Part shown: positions 45,647 through 57,935 of the stretch, piece by piece
Layout: each line of letters starts with the position of its first letter
Numbering within the stretch: position 1 is the first letter of the stretch
Origin: Clostridiales bacterium
GTDB lineage: Bacteria; Bacillota; Clostridia; Oscillospirales; CAG-272
Direction of reading: 5' to 3'
DNA length: 64,000 nt
NCBI GenBank assembly: GCA_022800625.1
Contig: JAAWQR010000005.1
Span: forward strand, 19,333-83,332
Notes under the pieces: model-generated
Databases searched by the model: none
What the model was told of the DNA's origin: nothing
The model's input: the letters and a program-made list of their open reading frames with translations, nothing else
Position numbers and translations under genes: made by a program

Positions 45647-46081
45647 ATGCTTAAAGGAATTAACAAAATTATATCGCCCGAGCTTCTTTGCGTACTTGAT
45701 AAGATGGGACACGGAGATGAGATCATTCTCTCCGACGGAAACTTTCCGGGGGAGGCTATCGGCGCAGGCAGCGGAGCCGTAGTTCTCAGAAGCGACGGAA
45801 CTGGCGTACCGGAACTGCTTTCTGCAATTCTTGAACTGTTCCCGCTTGACGCATATGATAACAATGTATTTCTCATGGACAAGACCGAGACGGACCGCGA
45901 TCTGAAAGTTGAAATTTGGGATACATACCGCGATATCGTATCAAAGCACACGGATAAAGAGCCGGTGTTTCTTGAAAGATTTGAGTTTTACGAAAGAGCG
46001 AAAAAGGCATATTCTATCGTGGTTACGGGAGAGGGCGCAATCTACGCTAATGTTATTCTCAAAAAAGGCGTCGTGAAATAA
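45647..46081 (+). CDS. RbsD/FucU family sugar mutarotase
   Basis: MLKGINKIISPELL..LDKMGHGDEIILSDGNFP. ATG 45647 follows AAGAAGGA. Confidence 0.8.
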   Translation: MLKGINKIISPELLCVLDKMGHGDEIILSDGNFPGEAIGAGSGAVVLRSDGTGVPELLSAILELFPLDAYDNNVFLMDKTETDRDLKVEIWDTYRDIVSKHTDKEPVFLERFEFYERAKKAYSIVVTGEGAIYANVILKKGVVK

Positions 46082-46122
46082 CGTCTGCGGCATACGTTAA
46101 ATCTTTCGGAGGTTGTTTTCAC

Positions 46123-47205
46123 ATGAGCGATCGTGACAATAAAGATGAGATCATATCTATGCAGCTTGATCTTATAAGACATATGACAGAGCAGAATGTC
46201 AGACGGCTGAGCGAAGATATTTGGGGAGTGAGCGACAGGAAAAAATCTGCGGAAGAATCCGAGCTTCCGAAGCGCAAACCGGATAAAAATGCGGGACAAG
46301 CCGTCACAGACGGCGCTCAGAACGAAGACAGAACAGAAAGCACTGCTTTTTCTCCGAATACGGGGAAAGTTAATGCCGAAACTTCGCCTGCCGAAAATAT
46401 TGATGATCTGACGGCGGAGCTTGACGGATATATCGGACTCGGAAAAGTTAAAGATGAAGTCCGTTCGCTTATCAACATGGCGAAGGTGCTGAAAATGCGT
46501 CGGGAGTACGGTCTGCCTGTAACTGATATGTCTTTGCACATGGTTTTTTCGGGAAATCCCGGTACCGGCAAGACGATGATCGCACGATTCATGGCGCGTG
46601 TTTATCACTCTATCGGACTTCTTTCAAAAGGACATCTTGTAGAAACAGACCGGTCGGGACTTGTTGCCGGATATATCGGACAGACAGCTGTAAAAACTCA
46701 GGCTGTGCTGAAAAGCGCTCTCGGCGGAGTGCTTTTTATCGACGAGGCGTATTCGCTGACTACGGGGGCTGAGAATGATTTCGGCGGAGAAGCTGTTGAT
46801 ACACTGCTCAAGTTCATGGAAGACAACCGCGATGATATCGTGGTAATAGTTGCGGGATATACGGAGCTTATGGAGGATTTTGTAAACTTCAATCCGGGAC
46901 TCAGATCGAGGTTCAACAAATATATAGAATTTTCCGATTATACGCCTGAAGAGATGTGCGAAATTTTTCTTTTGCAGTGTAAAAGCGGATTATATGAAGC
47001 GGGGGATGACGCGCTTTCCCTTGTTAAAGAATATTTTGAGAGCAGAATTTTTGATTCAGAAGAATTCGGAAATGCAAGAGGTGTGCGGAATACCTTTGAA
47101 AAGGTTCTCGCACAGCAGGCTAACAGACTTGCAGATTTGAAAGATGCAGACAGGGACGAACTTGTGAAAATAAAGCGCGAGGACGTGAACACGGCTCTGT
47201 TTTGA
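46123..47205 (+). CDS. SpoVK/CbbX-type AAA+ ATPase with disordered N-terminal region
   Basis: Walker A GNPGTGKT, Walker B VLFIDEAY, and a GY(T/V)..M...NPGL.SRF signature typical of the SpoVK/CbbX/EccA clade. Confidence 0.85.
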   Translation: MSDRDNKDEIISMQLDLIRHMTEQNVRRLSEDIWGVSDRKKSAEESELPKRKPDKNAGQAVTDGAQNEDRTESTAFSPNTGKVNAETSPAENIDDLTAELDGYIGLGKVKDEVRSLINMAKVLKMRREYGLPVTDMSLHMVFSGNPGTGKTMIARFMARVYHSIGLLSKGHLVETDRSGLVAGYIGQTAVKTQAVLKSALGGVLFIDEAYSLTTGAENDFGGEAVDTLLKFMEDNRDDIVVIVAGYTELMEDFVNFNPGLRSRFNKYIEFSDYTPEEMCEIFLLQCKSGLYEAGDDALSLVKEYFESRIFDSEEFGNARGVRNTFEKVLAQQANRLADLKDADRDELVKIKREDVNTALF

Positions 47206-47250
47206 TGCGGTGAAAAGCAGTATTGCAGGTATTTAAAGCGGAGGATGTAT

Positions 47251-47757
47251 ATGAATAACGAAGAACTTATAATAAAAATGCTCGGCGATCTTGCCGAGTC
47301 ACAGGCGGAAACAAGTAAAAACATCGCCGACATAAAAGATCGGGTTATAAATCTTGAAAACGGTGTAACCAATATTGAAAATCGGGTTACAAGTCTTGAA
47401 AACGGTGTGACCAATATTGAAAGTCGGGTCACAAATCTTGAAAACGGTGTGACCAATATTGAAAATCGGGTTATAAATCTTGAAACGAATATGTCGGAGA
47501 TTAACGAGTGCACGGTCAGACTTGAAACAAATGTATCCGACATAAAAACTCGGGTTACAAGCCTAGAAGTGAATCAGGAAACGGTCATAATTCCGCAGAT
47601 AAAGCTTCTCGCAGAAGGTCACGGTACTATAATAGACCATATCAAACGGCTTGATACATATCCTATCCAAGAAATGCAGGATGATATAGTACTTTTGAAA
47701 TCAGCGGTGAAGGCACTGCTCTCTGAGGTTGCAGAACTTAAAGCTGCAAAGCAATAG
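47251..47757 (+). CDS. Heptad-repeat coiled-coil protein, function unknown
   Basis: About 11 consecutive heptads N-[LI]-E-N-x-V-T. The ATG at 47251 lies 6 nt after GGAGG. Confidence 0.6.
   Translation: MNNEELIIKMLGDLAESQAETSKNIADIKDRVINLENGVTNIENRVTSLENGVTNIESRVTNLENGVTNIENRVINLETNMSEINECTVRLETNVSDIKTRVTSLEVNQETVIIPQIKLLAEGHGTIIDHIKRLDTYPIQEMQDDIVLLKSAVKALLSEVAELKAAKQ
47338..47490 (+). repeat. Intragenic tandem repeat, 42-bp unit (two 21-bp subunits), about 3.3 copies
   Basis: Units at 47350-47391, 47392-47433 and 47434-47475 differ at only a few positions. Each encodes NLENGVTNIENRVT. Confidence 0.85.
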
Positions 47758-47807
47758 TATTACATAGCCTTCGGCTCAAAGCTTTATTTCGGGAAGGACG
47801 CTGTCTG

Positions 47808-48638
47808 ATGTTTGTAATTATAACCGTGCTTTTTGCAGCTGTTCTGCTTTATCTGTGGCTTATTGCTCCGTCGTTTATACGGCGGGATATTTCGCCGTTT
47901 CTGTCAAAGCCTGCAGCACATCGCGGAGCGCATGGAGACGGGATACCCGAAAACAGTCTCAGAGCATTTGAAGCGGCAGTACAGAATGGTTATCCGATAG
48001 AGCTTGATGTAAGACTTAGTGCTGACGGAATTCCCATGGTTATCCATGATGACAGCCTTTTCAGACTTTGCGGAGATATAAGGCACGTATCCGAATTGAC
48101 AGCAGGTGAGCTGTCGAATCTCTTTATCGGAGAAACAGAAGAAAAAATTCCGATGCTCTCTCAGGTTCTTGAAACGGTTAATGGCAGAGTTCCGCTTCTT
48201 ATTGAATTGAAGAGCGGCGGCAATACAGCAGAACGCGCTTTTGAAATTCTTAAAAATTATACGGGATATTATGCTGTAGAATCATTTGATCCTTACTGTC
48301 TTTACAGATATCGCAGAAAAGATAAAAACACTCCGATCGGTATTCTTGCACGAAGGTCGTCAGGAGTTGGGAGAGCAAAGGAAAGAATTTTTTGGATTCT
48401 CTCCGGCAGAGTTATATTTAATTTTTTGTGCCGTCCGGATTTTATCTGTTACAGAATTTCTGACAGCCTGCCATTTTCAGTAAAGTTGGCTTCTTTGCTC
48501 GGGGCTTCACTTATCGGATGGACGGCAAAGGATAGGGCAGAGTATATTTCTGCAAAATTTCGCTTTAACGGCGTAATATGCGATAATATTTATAAAATTG
48601 AAAAAAATAACGGCTCAGAGTTTACGGATTCTCTCTGA
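47808..48638 (+). CDS. Glycerophosphodiester phosphodiesterase family protein, N-terminal TM anchor
   Basis: AHRGAHGDGIPENSL.AF..A...G..IELDV....DG.PMVIHD motif. Confidence 0.82.
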   Translation: MFVIITVLFAAVLLYLWLIAPSFIRRDISPFLSKPAAHRGAHGDGIPENSLRAFEAAVQNGYPIELDVRLSADGIPMVIHDDSLFRLCGDIRHVSELTAGELSNLFIGETEEKIPMLSQVLETVNGRVPLLIELKSGGNTAERAFEILKNYTGYYAVESFDPYCLYRYRRKDKNTPIGILARRSSGVGRAKERIFWILSGRVIFNFLCRPDFICYRISDSLPFSVKLASLLGASLIGWTAKDRAEYISAKFRFNGVICDNIYKIEKNNGSEFTDSL

Positions 48639-48656
48639 GCCGTTATTTTAGGTGAA

Positions 48657-49184
48657 TCAAAAATTAATTTTATCCAGACTGTCGGTGAATGCAACATCAT
48701 TATCAATAATATAGTCTGCATATTTTATTGTCGGAAGACAAAACTTCGCTTCTCTGTGACGCGCACACTTCAAATAGTAGTCTCCGATGGACTGAGGTGT
48801 TTGTGAAAACAATGACATATTTCGTATGATCCTGCGGTACAGGCACGTTTCGGGTTCAGCAGTAACAAAAATTTTGCAGTCAAAAAGCTCTCTGATTTCA
48901 CGCACGTAAAAAATTAGCAGTCCCTCAACAATAATAGTTTTATATTTTTTGCTGTTCGACGCCCTTTTTACGCCTGACAAAAGACGGGTGTAGTCTATCG
49001 AATCGGGAGAGTTCCGGTCAGTGTACATTTTTCCGTTATCCGGAGATATCATATCGGGAAGCTCATTCTTAAAATAGCGATCGGCGCTGATGACTTTGCC
49101 GTTATGGAGCTTTGCAAGTTCTGCAGCAATAGTTGATTTTCCACTTCCTGACGGACCTGAAATTCCTATTATCTTTGTTTTCAT
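48657..49184 (-). CDS. P-loop kinase of the uridine kinase / NRK-like family
   Basis: GISGPSGSGKST P-loop. 175 aa. The substrate cannot be assigned. Confidence 0.55.
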   Translation of the reverse strand: MKTKIIGISGPSGSGKSTIAAELAKLHNGKVISADRYFKNELPDMISPDNGKMYTDRNSPDSIDYTRLLSGVKRASNSKKYKTIIVEGLLIFYVREIRELFDCKIFVTAEPETCLYRRIIRNMSLFSQTPQSIGDYYLKCARHREAKFCLPTIKYADYIIDNDVAFTDSLDKINF

Positions 49185-49258
49185 CGGTAACTTTACCTTT
49201 CTTTATTTGTATCTTTCGGTAAAAGTATTCCACATCTATATCGCAAACTTAAATACGA

Positions 49259-49624
49259 CTATACAAACAAACACCAAAATACACCAAATTTGTCAATCAA
49301 AGAAAACATACACGGACTGTAATCACATGGACCGATAGGCTCATAAATTGTCGCTCCGTTTTTTAATACTTCAAAAGCTTTTTTGACAAGTTCTTCGCTG
49401 CCTTTTCCGAGTTCAAAGCAAAACTGCATGGTATTACCGATAACAGAATTCTCGGTAAGCTCAGATACAGCTAATATTTGACCGTAAGCGTTTAACTCAG
49501 AGTGCATGTATCCTCCGTTATCATCGGGGTATAGACCTAGAATTTCAGCGTCAAAAGCTTTTTGATAAGTATTGACTGCTTCAACACTTCCTTTAACGTA
49601 TACTTGCATCATCGATCTTAGCAT
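49259..49624 (-). CDS. VOC (glyoxalase/PhnB-like) family protein
   Basis: 121 aa. The pattern YQKAFDAE...GGYMHSEL...GQIL is typical of PhnB-like VOC proteins. Confidence 0.6.
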   Translation of the reverse strand: MLRSMMQVYVKGSVEAVNTYQKAFDAEILGLYPDDNGGYMHSELNAYGQILAVSELTENSVIGNTMQFCFELGKGSEELVKKAFEVLKNGATIYEPIGPCDYSPCMFSLIDKFGVFWCLFV

Positions 49625-49821
49625 GTTTAATCACCTTTTCAGCCATTTTTGTCGAATTATATTATAGATTATAGCAAAGCGTTCAGCTCTTGTCAACAGA
49701 CTGCACGGAAAAACACAGCGCAAATTATAATTTACAAAATAGTTACATTTTAAATTATCGTAAATTTACAGTGAGTAATATGTAAATCCTCAAAAAAACG
49801 CCTTATATATTAAAAGGTTGA

Positions 49822-49850
49822 TTGACTTTTAGGAAAAAGTGTGATAAAAT
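49822..49850 (+). promoter_or_regulatory. Sigma-A type promoter of rpoBC
   Basis: TTGACT, 17 nt, TAAAAT with TG extension (TGATAAAAT). Confidence 0.6.
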
Positions 49851-49986
49851 AGTAAACTGCATTAGATTCGCTATCGTGGAGATCACGATTGACTTTTTTG
49901 ATGTTTTTCGTGTAAAAACATACTGTGTCCTCGTTTTTTGAAGTAAAAAACGAGGACAGAGATCCATCTAACAACAAAAGAATGGA

Positions 49987-52900
49987 GTGATGGCTTTAAT
50001 GATCAAACCGCAGCAGGTCGAAAAAATGGTTAAGCCTCAGAGCGTCGGTAAAAAGACCAGAATGAGCTTTTCAAAAATCGATGAGGTTCTTGAAATGCCG
50101 AATCTCATTGAGATTCAGAAAAACTCTTACGAGTGGTTTTTAAAGACCGGTCTTATGGAGGTTCTTGAGGACGTATCGCCGATTACGGACTATTCAGGGA
50201 ATCTTATTATTGAGTTCGTGGGATACTCTCTCGATTCGGGTGCGAAATACCCTGTGGAAGAATGCAAGGAACGCGTTGTTACGTATTCCGTACCTCTGAA
50301 GGTTGACGTTCGCCTTTCAAACAAGCTTACGGGCGAGGTGAAGCAGTCATCGATATTTATGGGAGATTTCCCGATCATGACAGATAAGGGCACGTTCGTT
50401 ATAAACGGAGCGGAGCGTGTTATCGTATCTCAGATCACGCGTTCTCCCGGTATGTATTACGACAGTGCGCTTGACAAGACGGGTAAGCGTACGTTTTCTG
50501 CAACGGTTATTCCGTACAGAGGCGCATGGCTTGAATATGAAACTGACGCAAATGATGTTTACTATGTACGCATAGACAAAAACCGCAAGCTTCCCGTTAC
50601 TGTCCTGATCCGTGCGCTCGGCATCGAGTCTCAGGCTGATATTGAAGCTGTTTTCGGCGAAGAGCCTAAGCTTTATGCGACGCTCGAAAAAGACATATGC
50701 GAGCGCGAGGCTCTTGAAAACAATACGTCCATCAGAGACGAGGCTCTCAAAGAAATATACAAGAAGCTGCGTCCGGGCGAGCCTGCTATCGTTGAGTCGG
50801 CTGAGATTCTTATAAATAATCTGTTCTTTGACGCTAAGAGATACGATCTCGCTCCTGTCGGACGTCATAAGTATGACAAAAAGCTTGCTCTCGGAGCAAG
50901 AATTGCAGGTCAGACACTTTCCCGTCCTGCTGTAAATCCTCTGACAGGCGAGTTCCTTTTTGACGCGGGAGTTACGCTTTCAAAGGCGGATGCGCTTGAA
51001 ATAGAGCATTCGGGAATAGGCGAGGTTTACTTAAAGCGCGGCGATGCGGAAGAGACAAAGGTGTTCTCGAACGGTGCTGTCGAGCCCGAATATGTTCTCG
51101 GATATGATCTGAAGGACATAGGTATAACAGGCAAAGTAAAGCTTTCGGTTCTTCTTGAAATAATGGAAGAGTGCGGAGATGACAGCGATGCTGTAAAGGA
51201 TGCAGCCCGCCGCAGAATTCATGAGCTTTGCCCCAAGCATATCACAAGAGATGATATTTTAGCATCAATCAACTATTTGCTTGCGCTGTCCCACGACGTC
51301 GGAGTTACCGACGATATAGACCACCTCGGAAACAGAAGACTTCGCTGCGTAGGCGAACTTCTTCAGAACCAGGTGAGAATCGGTCTTGCGAGAATGGACA
51401 AGATCATTAAAGAGAGAATGACTGTTCAGGACAGCGATACTCTCTCTCCTCAGACGCTTATAAATATTCGTCCCGTAGTTACCGCTATCAGAGAATTCTT
51501 CGGATCTTCTCCTCTTTCTCAGTTTATGGATCAGAACAACCCGCTGGCTGAACTGACGCACAAGAGAAGAATATCAGCTCTCGGTCCCGGAGGTTTGTCG
51601 CGTGACAGGGCTTCATTTGAAGTTCGTGACGTTCACTATACTCACTACGGCAGAATGTGTCCGATTGAGACTCCCGAAGGACCTAACATCGGTCTTATCT
51701 CCTACCTTTCAACTTATGCTAAGATATCCGATTTCGGATTTATTGAAGCTCCGTACAGAAAGGTGATTCATGAAACGCTTGAAGACGGTTCGGTTATACA
51801 CCGCGTTACCGATGAGATCGAGTATATGACGGCTGACATCGAGGACGGATTTACGGTTGCTCAGGCAAATGAGCCGCTTGACGAAAATAAGTGTTTTGCA
51901 AACAAGAAAGTTACCGCACGCAACCGCGCAGAGATCATTCAGGTTGATCCGATGAATGTCGATTATATGGACGTTTCACCTAAAATGGTTGTATCCGTTG
52001 CAACCGCAATGATCCCGTTCCTTGAAAACGACGATAACTCGCGTGCTCTTATGGGATCAAACATGCAGAAGCAGGCGGTTCCGCTGATGACTACCGATTC
52101 TCCTATCGTCGGTACGGGAATGGAGTATAAGGCTGCCGTCGACTCAGGAGTTGTTGTGCTCGCTAAGAACGCAGGATGGGTTGAGACGGTAACGGCTGAT
52201 GAGGTCGTTATTCACTGTGATGACGGACATAAGGACACATACCACCTGATTAAGTTTAAGCGTTCCAACCAGGGAACATGCGTAAACCAGCGCCCGATAA
52301 TTGAGCAGGGTGAGAGAGTTGAAAAAGGTCAGGTCATAGCCGACGGACCGGCAACTGCTGACGGCGAGATCGCGCTCGGTAAGAATGCTCTTATCGGCTT
52401 TATGACATGGGAAGGTTACAACTACGAGGACGCCGTACTTCTCAATGAGCGTCTTGTGCGAGATGATGTTTACACGTCTATCCATATTGAAGAATATTCG
52501 CACGAGGCAAGAGATACAAAGCTCGGACCTGAAGAGATAACTCGCGAGATCCCGAATGTCGGCGACGACGCACTGAAGGATCTTGACGCCGACGGTATCA
52601 TCAGAAAGGGTACTGAGGTAAGATCGGGGGATATTCTTGTCGGAAAGGTAACGCCTAAGGGTGAAACCGAGCTTACCGCCGAGGAAAGACTGCTTCGCGC
52701 AATCTTCGGCGAAAAGGCTCGCGAAGTTCGCGATACCTCTCTTAAAGTTCCTCACGGGGAATCGGGAATAGTTGTTGACGTTAAAGTGTTCTCACGCGAG
52801 AACGGCGATGATCTGTCTCCCGGAGTTAATAAAGTAGTAAGAGTATATATTGCTCAGAAGAGAAAGATATCTGTCGGAGATAAGATGGCAGGTCGTCACG

Positions 52901-53964
52901 GTAATAAGGGTGTCGTATCAAGAATACTTCCTCCCGAGGACATGCCGTTCCTTGCAGACGGAACACCTCTTGATATCGTTCTGAACCCGCTGGGTGTGCC
53001 TTCACGAATGAACATCGGTCAGGTCCTTGAGGTTCACCTCGGAATCGCTGCGCGCAAGCTCGGCTGGAAGATCATGACTCCTGTATTCGACGGTGCAACC
53101 GAGAAAGACATACTTGACTGTCTTGAGCTTGCCGGACTTGAGCGCGATGTGCTTCCCGGTGAGAATGTAAACGGTAAAAACATTTTTGAAGAAATGTTTG
53201 ATGAGTCAGGCGAGCGTACGCTCCGCTCAATTGAAGGCGAAGAACGTGAAGATGCGGCTCATCTTGAAGAGTTGCGTTTGGCAGGCAAGCTGAAAGTAGT
53301 CGACGGAAAGACAATCCTTTACGACGGCAGAACGGGAGAGCCGTTTGACAATCCTGTAACCGTCGGTATCATGTATTACCTCAAGCTTCACCATCTAGTC
53401 GACGATAAGATTCACGCCCGCTCGACCGGTCCTTACGGACTTGTAACACAGCAGCCTCTCGGAGGTAAAGCTCAGTTTGGCGGACAGAGATTCGGAGAAA
53501 TGGAGGTATGGGCGCTTGAAGCATACGGCGCTGCTTATACTCTCCAGGAGATCCTTACCGTTAAGAGTGACGATGTAACAGGACGTGTCAAGACATACGA
53601 GGCAATTGTTAAGGGACAGAATATACCGACTCCGGGCGTTCCCGAGGCTTTCAAGGTTCTTGTTAAAGAACTTCAGTCTTTGGCGCTTGATATCCGTGTG
53701 CTTAACCGTGACGGAGAAGAAATCGAGCTTGCGACACTCGGTGAAGATGCAGAGCCGCCGCAGATACGCCGCAGCAATGAAGTTACGGAAGAGGACGTCG
53801 GCGAGACTGTAGCAACCGACGACATATACGATTCGTATACTCCGGGCGATTTTGACAGCGATTCGGCGTCTGAGGAATCTCCGTTTGATGACGGCGCAGA
53901 TGACGAAATTATTGAGGTGTCCGAAGATGGCGGAGACTTCAATGATATAGACTCGGATTTCTGA
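49987..53964 (+). CDS. rpoB: DNA-directed RNA polymerase subunit beta
   Basis: Canonical RpoB motifs throughout ([47 protein letters not shown]). The start is ambiguous (49987/49990/49999). About 90-aa acidic C-terminal extension. Confidence 0.97.
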   Translation: MMALMIKPQQVEKMVKPQSVGKKTRMSFSKIDEVLEMPNLIEIQKNSYEWFLKTGLMEVLEDVSPITDYSGNLIIEFVGYSLDSGAKYPVEECKERVVTYSVPLKVDVRLSNKLTGEVKQSSIFMGDFPIMTDKGTFVINGAERVIVSQITRSPGMYYDSALDKTGKRTFSATVIPYRGAWLEYETDANDVYYVRIDKNRKLPVTVLIRALGIESQADIEAVFGEEPKLYATLEKDICEREALENNTSIRDEALKEIYKKLRPGEPAIVESAEILINNLFFDAKRYDLAPVGRHKYDKKLALGARIAGQTLSRPAVNPLTGEFLFDAGVTLSKADALEIEHSGIGEVYLKRGDAEETKVFSNGAVEPEYVLGYDLKDIGITGKVKLSVLLEIMEECGDDSDAVKDAARRRIHELCPKHITRDDILASINYLLALSHDVGVTDDIDHLGNRRLRCVGELLQNQVRIGLARMDKIIKERMTVQDSDTLSPQTLINIRPVVTAIREFFGSSPLSQFMDQNNPLAELTHKRRISALGPGGLSRDRASFEVRDVHYTHYGRMCPIETPEGPNIGLISYLSTYAKISDFGFIEAPYRKVIHETLEDGSVIHRVTDEIEYMTADIEDGFTVAQANEPLDENKCFANKKVTARNRAEIIQVDPMNVDYMDVSPKMVVSVATAMIPFLENDDNSRALMGSNMQKQAVPLMTTDSPIVGTGMEYKAAVDSGVVVLAKNAGWVETVTADEVVIHCDDGHKDTYHLIKFKRSNQGTCVNQRPIIEQGERVEKGQVIADGPATADGEIALGKNALIGFMTWEGYNYEDAVLLNERLVRDDVYTSIHIEEYSHEARDTKLGPEEITREIPNVGDDALKDLDADGIIRKGTEVRSGDILVGKVTPKGETELTAEERLLRAIFGEKAREVRDTSLKVPHGESGIVVDVKVFSRENGDDLSPGVNKVVRVYIAQKRKISVGDKMAGRHGNKGVVSRILPPEDMPFLADGTPLDIVLNPLGVPSRMNIGQVLEVHLGIAARKLGWKIMTPVFDGATEKDILDCLELAGLERDVLPGENVNGKNIFEEMFDESGERTLRSIEGEEREDAAHLEELRLAGKLKVVDGKTILYDGRTGEPFDNPVTVGIMYYLKLHHLVDDKIHARSTGPYGLVTQQPLGGKAQFGGQRFGEMEVWALEAYGAAYTLQEILTVKSDDVTGRVKTYEAIVKGQNIPTPGVPEAFKVLVKELQSLALDIRVLNRDGEEIELATLGEDAEPPQIRRSNEVTEEDVGETVATDDIYDSYTPGDFDSDSASEESPFDDGADDEIIEVSEDGGDFNDIDSDF

Positions 53965-54115
53965 TCCAAGTGATTCAGCAGATTTCATGTTCGATTAAAA
54001 AAATGAAATTAACATTCCGACAGGGGAATACCCTGTCGGAAAAGCAAGCGATACCGCGCTGATACAGGCTCGGTCAGCTTGATTTCAGTTATAAACAGGA
54101 GAAGGTATACTGCCG

Positions 54116-57100
54116 ATGGAACGCAATGTTTTTGATTCTATAAAAATAGGTCTGGCGTCTCCCGAAATGATCAGAAGTTGGTCATACGGCGAAGTCAAAA
54201 AGCCTGAAACAATAAATTACCGTACTCTCAAGGCGGAGCGTGACGGCCTTTTCTGCGAGCGTATTTTCGGTCCTACAAAGGACTGGGAATGTCTCTGCGG
54301 AAAATACAAGAGAATTCGCCACAAGGGTAAAATATGTGAAAAGTGCGGCGTTGAGGTAACTCAGAAAAAGGTACGCCGCGAGAGAATGGGTCACATTGAG
54401 CTTGCAGCTCCCGTTTCACATATTTGGTATTTCAGAGCTATCCCGTCAAGAATGGGACTGCTCCTTGATATTTCACCGAGACTTCTTGAAAAGGTTTTGT
54501 ATTTTGCTCAGTACATTGTTATTGATCCGGGTTCAACCCCCCTTGCAAAATATCAGCTTTTGAAGGAATCTGAGTACCGCGCGGCATATGAGCGTTATGA
54601 GAACGATTTCAGAGTCGGAATGGGCGCCGAAGCCGTTAAGGAATTGCTTGCGGAGCTTGATATAGATGCCCTCGCAGAGCAGCTTCGCGGCGAGCTGAAA
54701 AATGCCTCGGGACAAAAGAAAATCCGTATTATAAAGCGCCTTGAGGTCGTTGAAGCATTTAAAAAGTCGGGGAACAAGCCGGAATGGATGATTCTTGATG
54801 TAATTCCCGTTATTCCTCCGGATATCCGTGCGATGGTTCAGCTTGACGGCGGACGTTTTGCGTCAAGCGACCTTAATGACCTTTACAGACGTGTAATCAA
54901 CAGAAATAACCGTTTGAAGAGACTTATGGAGCTTCGTGCGCCGGATATTATTATCCGCAACGAGAAGAGAATGCTTCAGGAGGCTGTTGATGCGCTTATC
55001 GATAACGGCCGACGCGGCAAGCCTGTTACAGGTCCGTCAAACAGACCGCTTAAATCTCTCTCTGAAATGCTTCGCGGTAAGCAGGGACGTTTCCGTCAGA
55101 ACCTGCTCGGTAAGCGTGTTGACTATTCGGGACGTTCGGTTATCGTTGTCGGTCCTGATCTGAAGATATATCAGTGCGGACTTCCGAAAGAAATGGCACT
55201 TGAGCTGTTTAAACCCTTTGTTATGAAGAGACTTGTTGAGACAGGCAAGGCATCAAACATTAAAGAGGCGAAGAAAAAAGTTGAAAGAGTAAATTCAGAC
55301 GTTTGGGACGCTCTTGAGAATGTTATTAAGAATCATCCCGTACTTCTGAACCGTGCTCCGACGCTTCACAGACTGTCTATTCAGGCGTTTGAGCCTGTGC
55401 TCGTTGAAGGAAGAGCTATTAAGCTTCATCCGCTCGTTTGTAAGGCGTTCAACGCTGACTTTGACGGCGACCAGATGCCTGTTCACGTACCGCTTTCAGC
55501 GGAAGCTCAGGCAGAGGCTCGTTTCCTCATGCTGTCTGCAAACAACCTCTTGAAGCCTGTTGACGGACGTGCTATCGCAGTACCTTCACAGGATATGGTC
55601 CTCGGTTCTTTCTATCTTACACTTGATAAGCCGGGTGAACCGGGTGAGGGAATGATGTTCCGCGACTTTGACGAAGCTATGATGGCTTATCAGTCGGGCG
55701 TTCTCGGACTGCATGCTCCGATCAGGGTAAGAGTCGAAAAAGAAGTAGACGGCGAGATGCGCTCGAAGGTGATCGATGCAACTCTCGGAAGACTTATATT
55801 TAACAGACAGATCCCTCAGGATCTCGGATATGTTGACAGAAGCGATCCCGATAAGTTCTTTGATCTTGAGATCATGTTTGTCACAACTTCAAAGGAGCTT
55901 GGTGATATAGTTGACCGTTGTATAAAGGTTCACGGCTTCTCTGTTGCCGCAGAAGTTCTTGACAGCATTAAGTCTATGGGATATAAGTATTCCACAAAAG
56001 CTTCGATTTCAATTTCGGTTGCCGATATGACGATACCGAAAGAGAAATATTCACTTATCAGTGAAGCTGAGAAAAAGGTTGACCGTATTTCTCATCACTT
56101 CCTGCGCGGTGAGCTGACCGATGAAGAACGATATGAAAATGTTATTGCTGTTTGGGAGCAGACAACTAAAGACGTTGTTGCAGCTCTTCAGAGCAACTTT
56201 GACAGATACAATTCAATCAAGATGATGAGTGACTCAGGAGCCCGCGGTAGTATGACACAGATGCGTCAGCTTGCCGGTATGCGCGGACTTATGTTTGCTA
56301 CATCAGGTAAGACGATGGAAATTCCGATCAAATCGAACTTCCGTGAAGGTCTTACGATCCTTGAGTATTTTGTAGCGGCGCGCGGTGCGCGTAAGTCGCT
56401 GTCAGATACTGCGCTTAAAACCGCTGACTCAGGATACCTTACAAGACGACTTGTTGACGTATCTCAGGATGTTATTATCCGCGAGGATGACTGCGGTTCG
56501 GAACACGGAATCTGGGTATCTGATATCGTTGAAGGAAACGAAGTTGTCGAGCCGCTTCGCGACAGACTTGTCGGAAGATATACTATCGGCGATGTGATTG
56601 ATCCTGCTACAGGTGAAGTTATAATCGGAAATAATGAGATGATTTCAGATTCTGTTGCACGCAGAATCGTTGCAGCGGGAATTAAGAGCGTACAGATCAG
56701 AACCGTTCTTCAATGTAAGTCACGTCACGGTGTATGTGCGCATTGCTACGGAGCTGACCTTGCAAACGATAAGCCTGTCAATGTCGGTGAAGCTGTCGGT
56801 ATCATTGCCGCACAGTCTATCGGTGAGCCGGGTACACAGCTTACGATGCGTACGTTCCATACGGGAGGCGTTGCTGCGGCAAACATTACACAGGGTCTTC
56901 CGCGAGTTGAGGAACTGTTTGAGGCAAGAAAGCCGAAGAAAGTTGCAATTGTTGCGGAAACAACCGGTATGATAAGTATTCAGGATGTTAAAAAACTCCG
57001 CAATATAACGCTTACTCCCGATGACGGAAGCGAACCTGTTGTATATCAGATCCCGTTCGGAACGCGAATCGTTGTTGAGGACGGACAGCATGTCAGAGCA

Positions 57101-57829
57101 GGACGTGAGCTGACAGAGGGTGACAAGTCTCCTGCAGATATTCTCAGAATCAACGGAATTGACGCGGTATATGACTATATTATCCTTGAAGTTCAGAAGG
57201 TTTACCGCTCACAGAGCATCAATATTAACGATAAGCACATTGAGGTTATTGCACGCCAGATGACGCGTAAGGTGCGCGTTGTAGACGAGGGTGATACCGA
57301 GCTTCTTCCCGGTTCGATTGTCAGCATAAGCGATATGATAAGCGAAAATGACAAGATCAGAGAACGCGTTGAGGCAGGAGAGATCGAGCTTAAAGAAGCT
57401 ACAAGCGAGCCTGTTCTTCACGGTATTACAAAGGCATCGCTTCTCACAGACTCATTCCTGTCGGCTGCATCTTTCCAGGAGACCACGAAGGTTCTTACCG
57501 AGGCTGCGATCCGTGGAAAAGTCGATCATCTTATGGGACTTAAAGAGAATGTTATTATCGGTAAGCTGATTCCTGCCGGAACAGGTATGGAGCGGTACCG
57601 TAATATTGAAGTAGAATGTGATGAAGACCATAAATTCAATCTTGATATTACAGATGAGGATGACATATGTGAAGATGAGGACTTCATTGTTTCCTCTGAT
57701 GATGCTGAAGCATATGAAACTGCGGACGATGATATAATCGGAGATGATATATCTGAGGCTGAGGATATTGATGCGGACGGTGAGTATACCGAAGAAGCAA
57801 CAGACATTGAAGACGGTATAGAAGAATAA
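54116..57829 (+). CDS. rpoC: DNA-directed RNA polymerase subunit beta'
   Basis: Zn-binding CLCGKY...CEKCGVEV, catalytic NADFDGDQM, trigger loop and bridge helix regions. Acidic C-terminal extension. Confidence 0.97.
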   Translation: MERNVFDSIKIGLASPEMIRSWSYGEVKKPETINYRTLKAERDGLFCERIFGPTKDWECLCGKYKRIRHKGKICEKCGVEVTQKKVRRERMGHIELAAPVSHIWYFRAIPSRMGLLLDISPRLLEKVLYFAQYIVIDPGSTPLAKYQLLKESEYRAAYERYENDFRVGMGAEAVKELLAELDIDALAEQLRGELKNASGQKKIRIIKRLEVVEAFKKSGNKPEWMILDVIPVIPPDIRAMVQLDGGRFASSDLNDLYRRVINRNNRLKRLMELRAPDIIIRNEKRMLQEAVDALIDNGRRGKPVTGPSNRPLKSLSEMLRGKQGRFRQNLLGKRVDYSGRSVIVVGPDLKIYQCGLPKEMALELFKPFVMKRLVETGKASNIKEAKKKVERVNSDVWDALENVIKNHPVLLNRAPTLHRLSIQAFEPVLVEGRAIKLHPLVCKAFNADFDGDQMPVHVPLSAEAQAEARFLMLSANNLLKPVDGRAIAVPSQDMVLGSFYLTLDKPGEPGEGMMFRDFDEAMMAYQSGVLGLHAPIRVRVEKEVDGEMRSKVIDATLGRLIFNRQIPQDLGYVDRSDPDKFFDLEIMFVTTSKELGDIVDRCIKVHGFSVAAEVLDSIKSMGYKYSTKASISISVADMTIPKEKYSLISEAEKKVDRISHHFLRGELTDEERYENVIAVWEQTTKDVVAALQSNFDRYNSIKMMSDSGARGSMTQMRQLAGMRGLMFATSGKTMEIPIKSNFREGLTILEYFVAARGARKSLSDTALKTADSGYLTRRLVDVSQDVIIREDDCGSEHGIWVSDIVEGNEVVEPLRDRLVGRYTIGDVIDPATGEVIIGNNEMISDSVARRIVAAGIKSVQIRTVLQCKSRHGVCAHCYGADLANDKPVNVGEAVGIIAAQSIGEPGTQLTMRTFHTGGVAAANITQGLPRVEELFEARKPKKVAIVAETTGMISIQDVKKLRNITLTPDDGSEPVVYQIPFGTRIVVEDGQHVRAGRELTEGDKSPADILRINGIDAVYDYIILEVQKVYRSQSININDKHIEVIARQMTRKVRVVDEGDTELLPGSIVSISDMISENDKIRERVEAGEIELKEATSEPVLHGITKASLLTDSFLSAASFQETTKVLTEAAIRGKVDHLMGLKENVIIGKLIPAGTGMERYRNIEVECDEDHKFNLDITDEDDICEDEDFIVSSDDAEAYETADDDIIGDDISEAEDIDADGEYTEEATDIEDGIEE

Positions 57830-57837
57830 GCTGAACG

Positions 57838-57930
57838 AAAGAGAATCCGACCGAAAGGTCGGTTCTCTCTTTAAATAAAAACCTCTTTAACCGTATTGCT
57901 TTTAATCGGTTAAAGAGGTTTTTATTTATT
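57838..57930. terminator. Two tandem hairpins forming a bidirectional terminator region (rpoC and asnS)
   Basis: The first hairpin is 57838-57872 (GAGAATCCGACC-GAAA-GGTCGGTTCTC). The second is 57880-57920 (AACCTCTTTAACCG...CGGTTAAAGAGGTT), with A-tract and T-tract flanks. Confidence 0.75.
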
Positions 57931-57935
57931 TGCAA

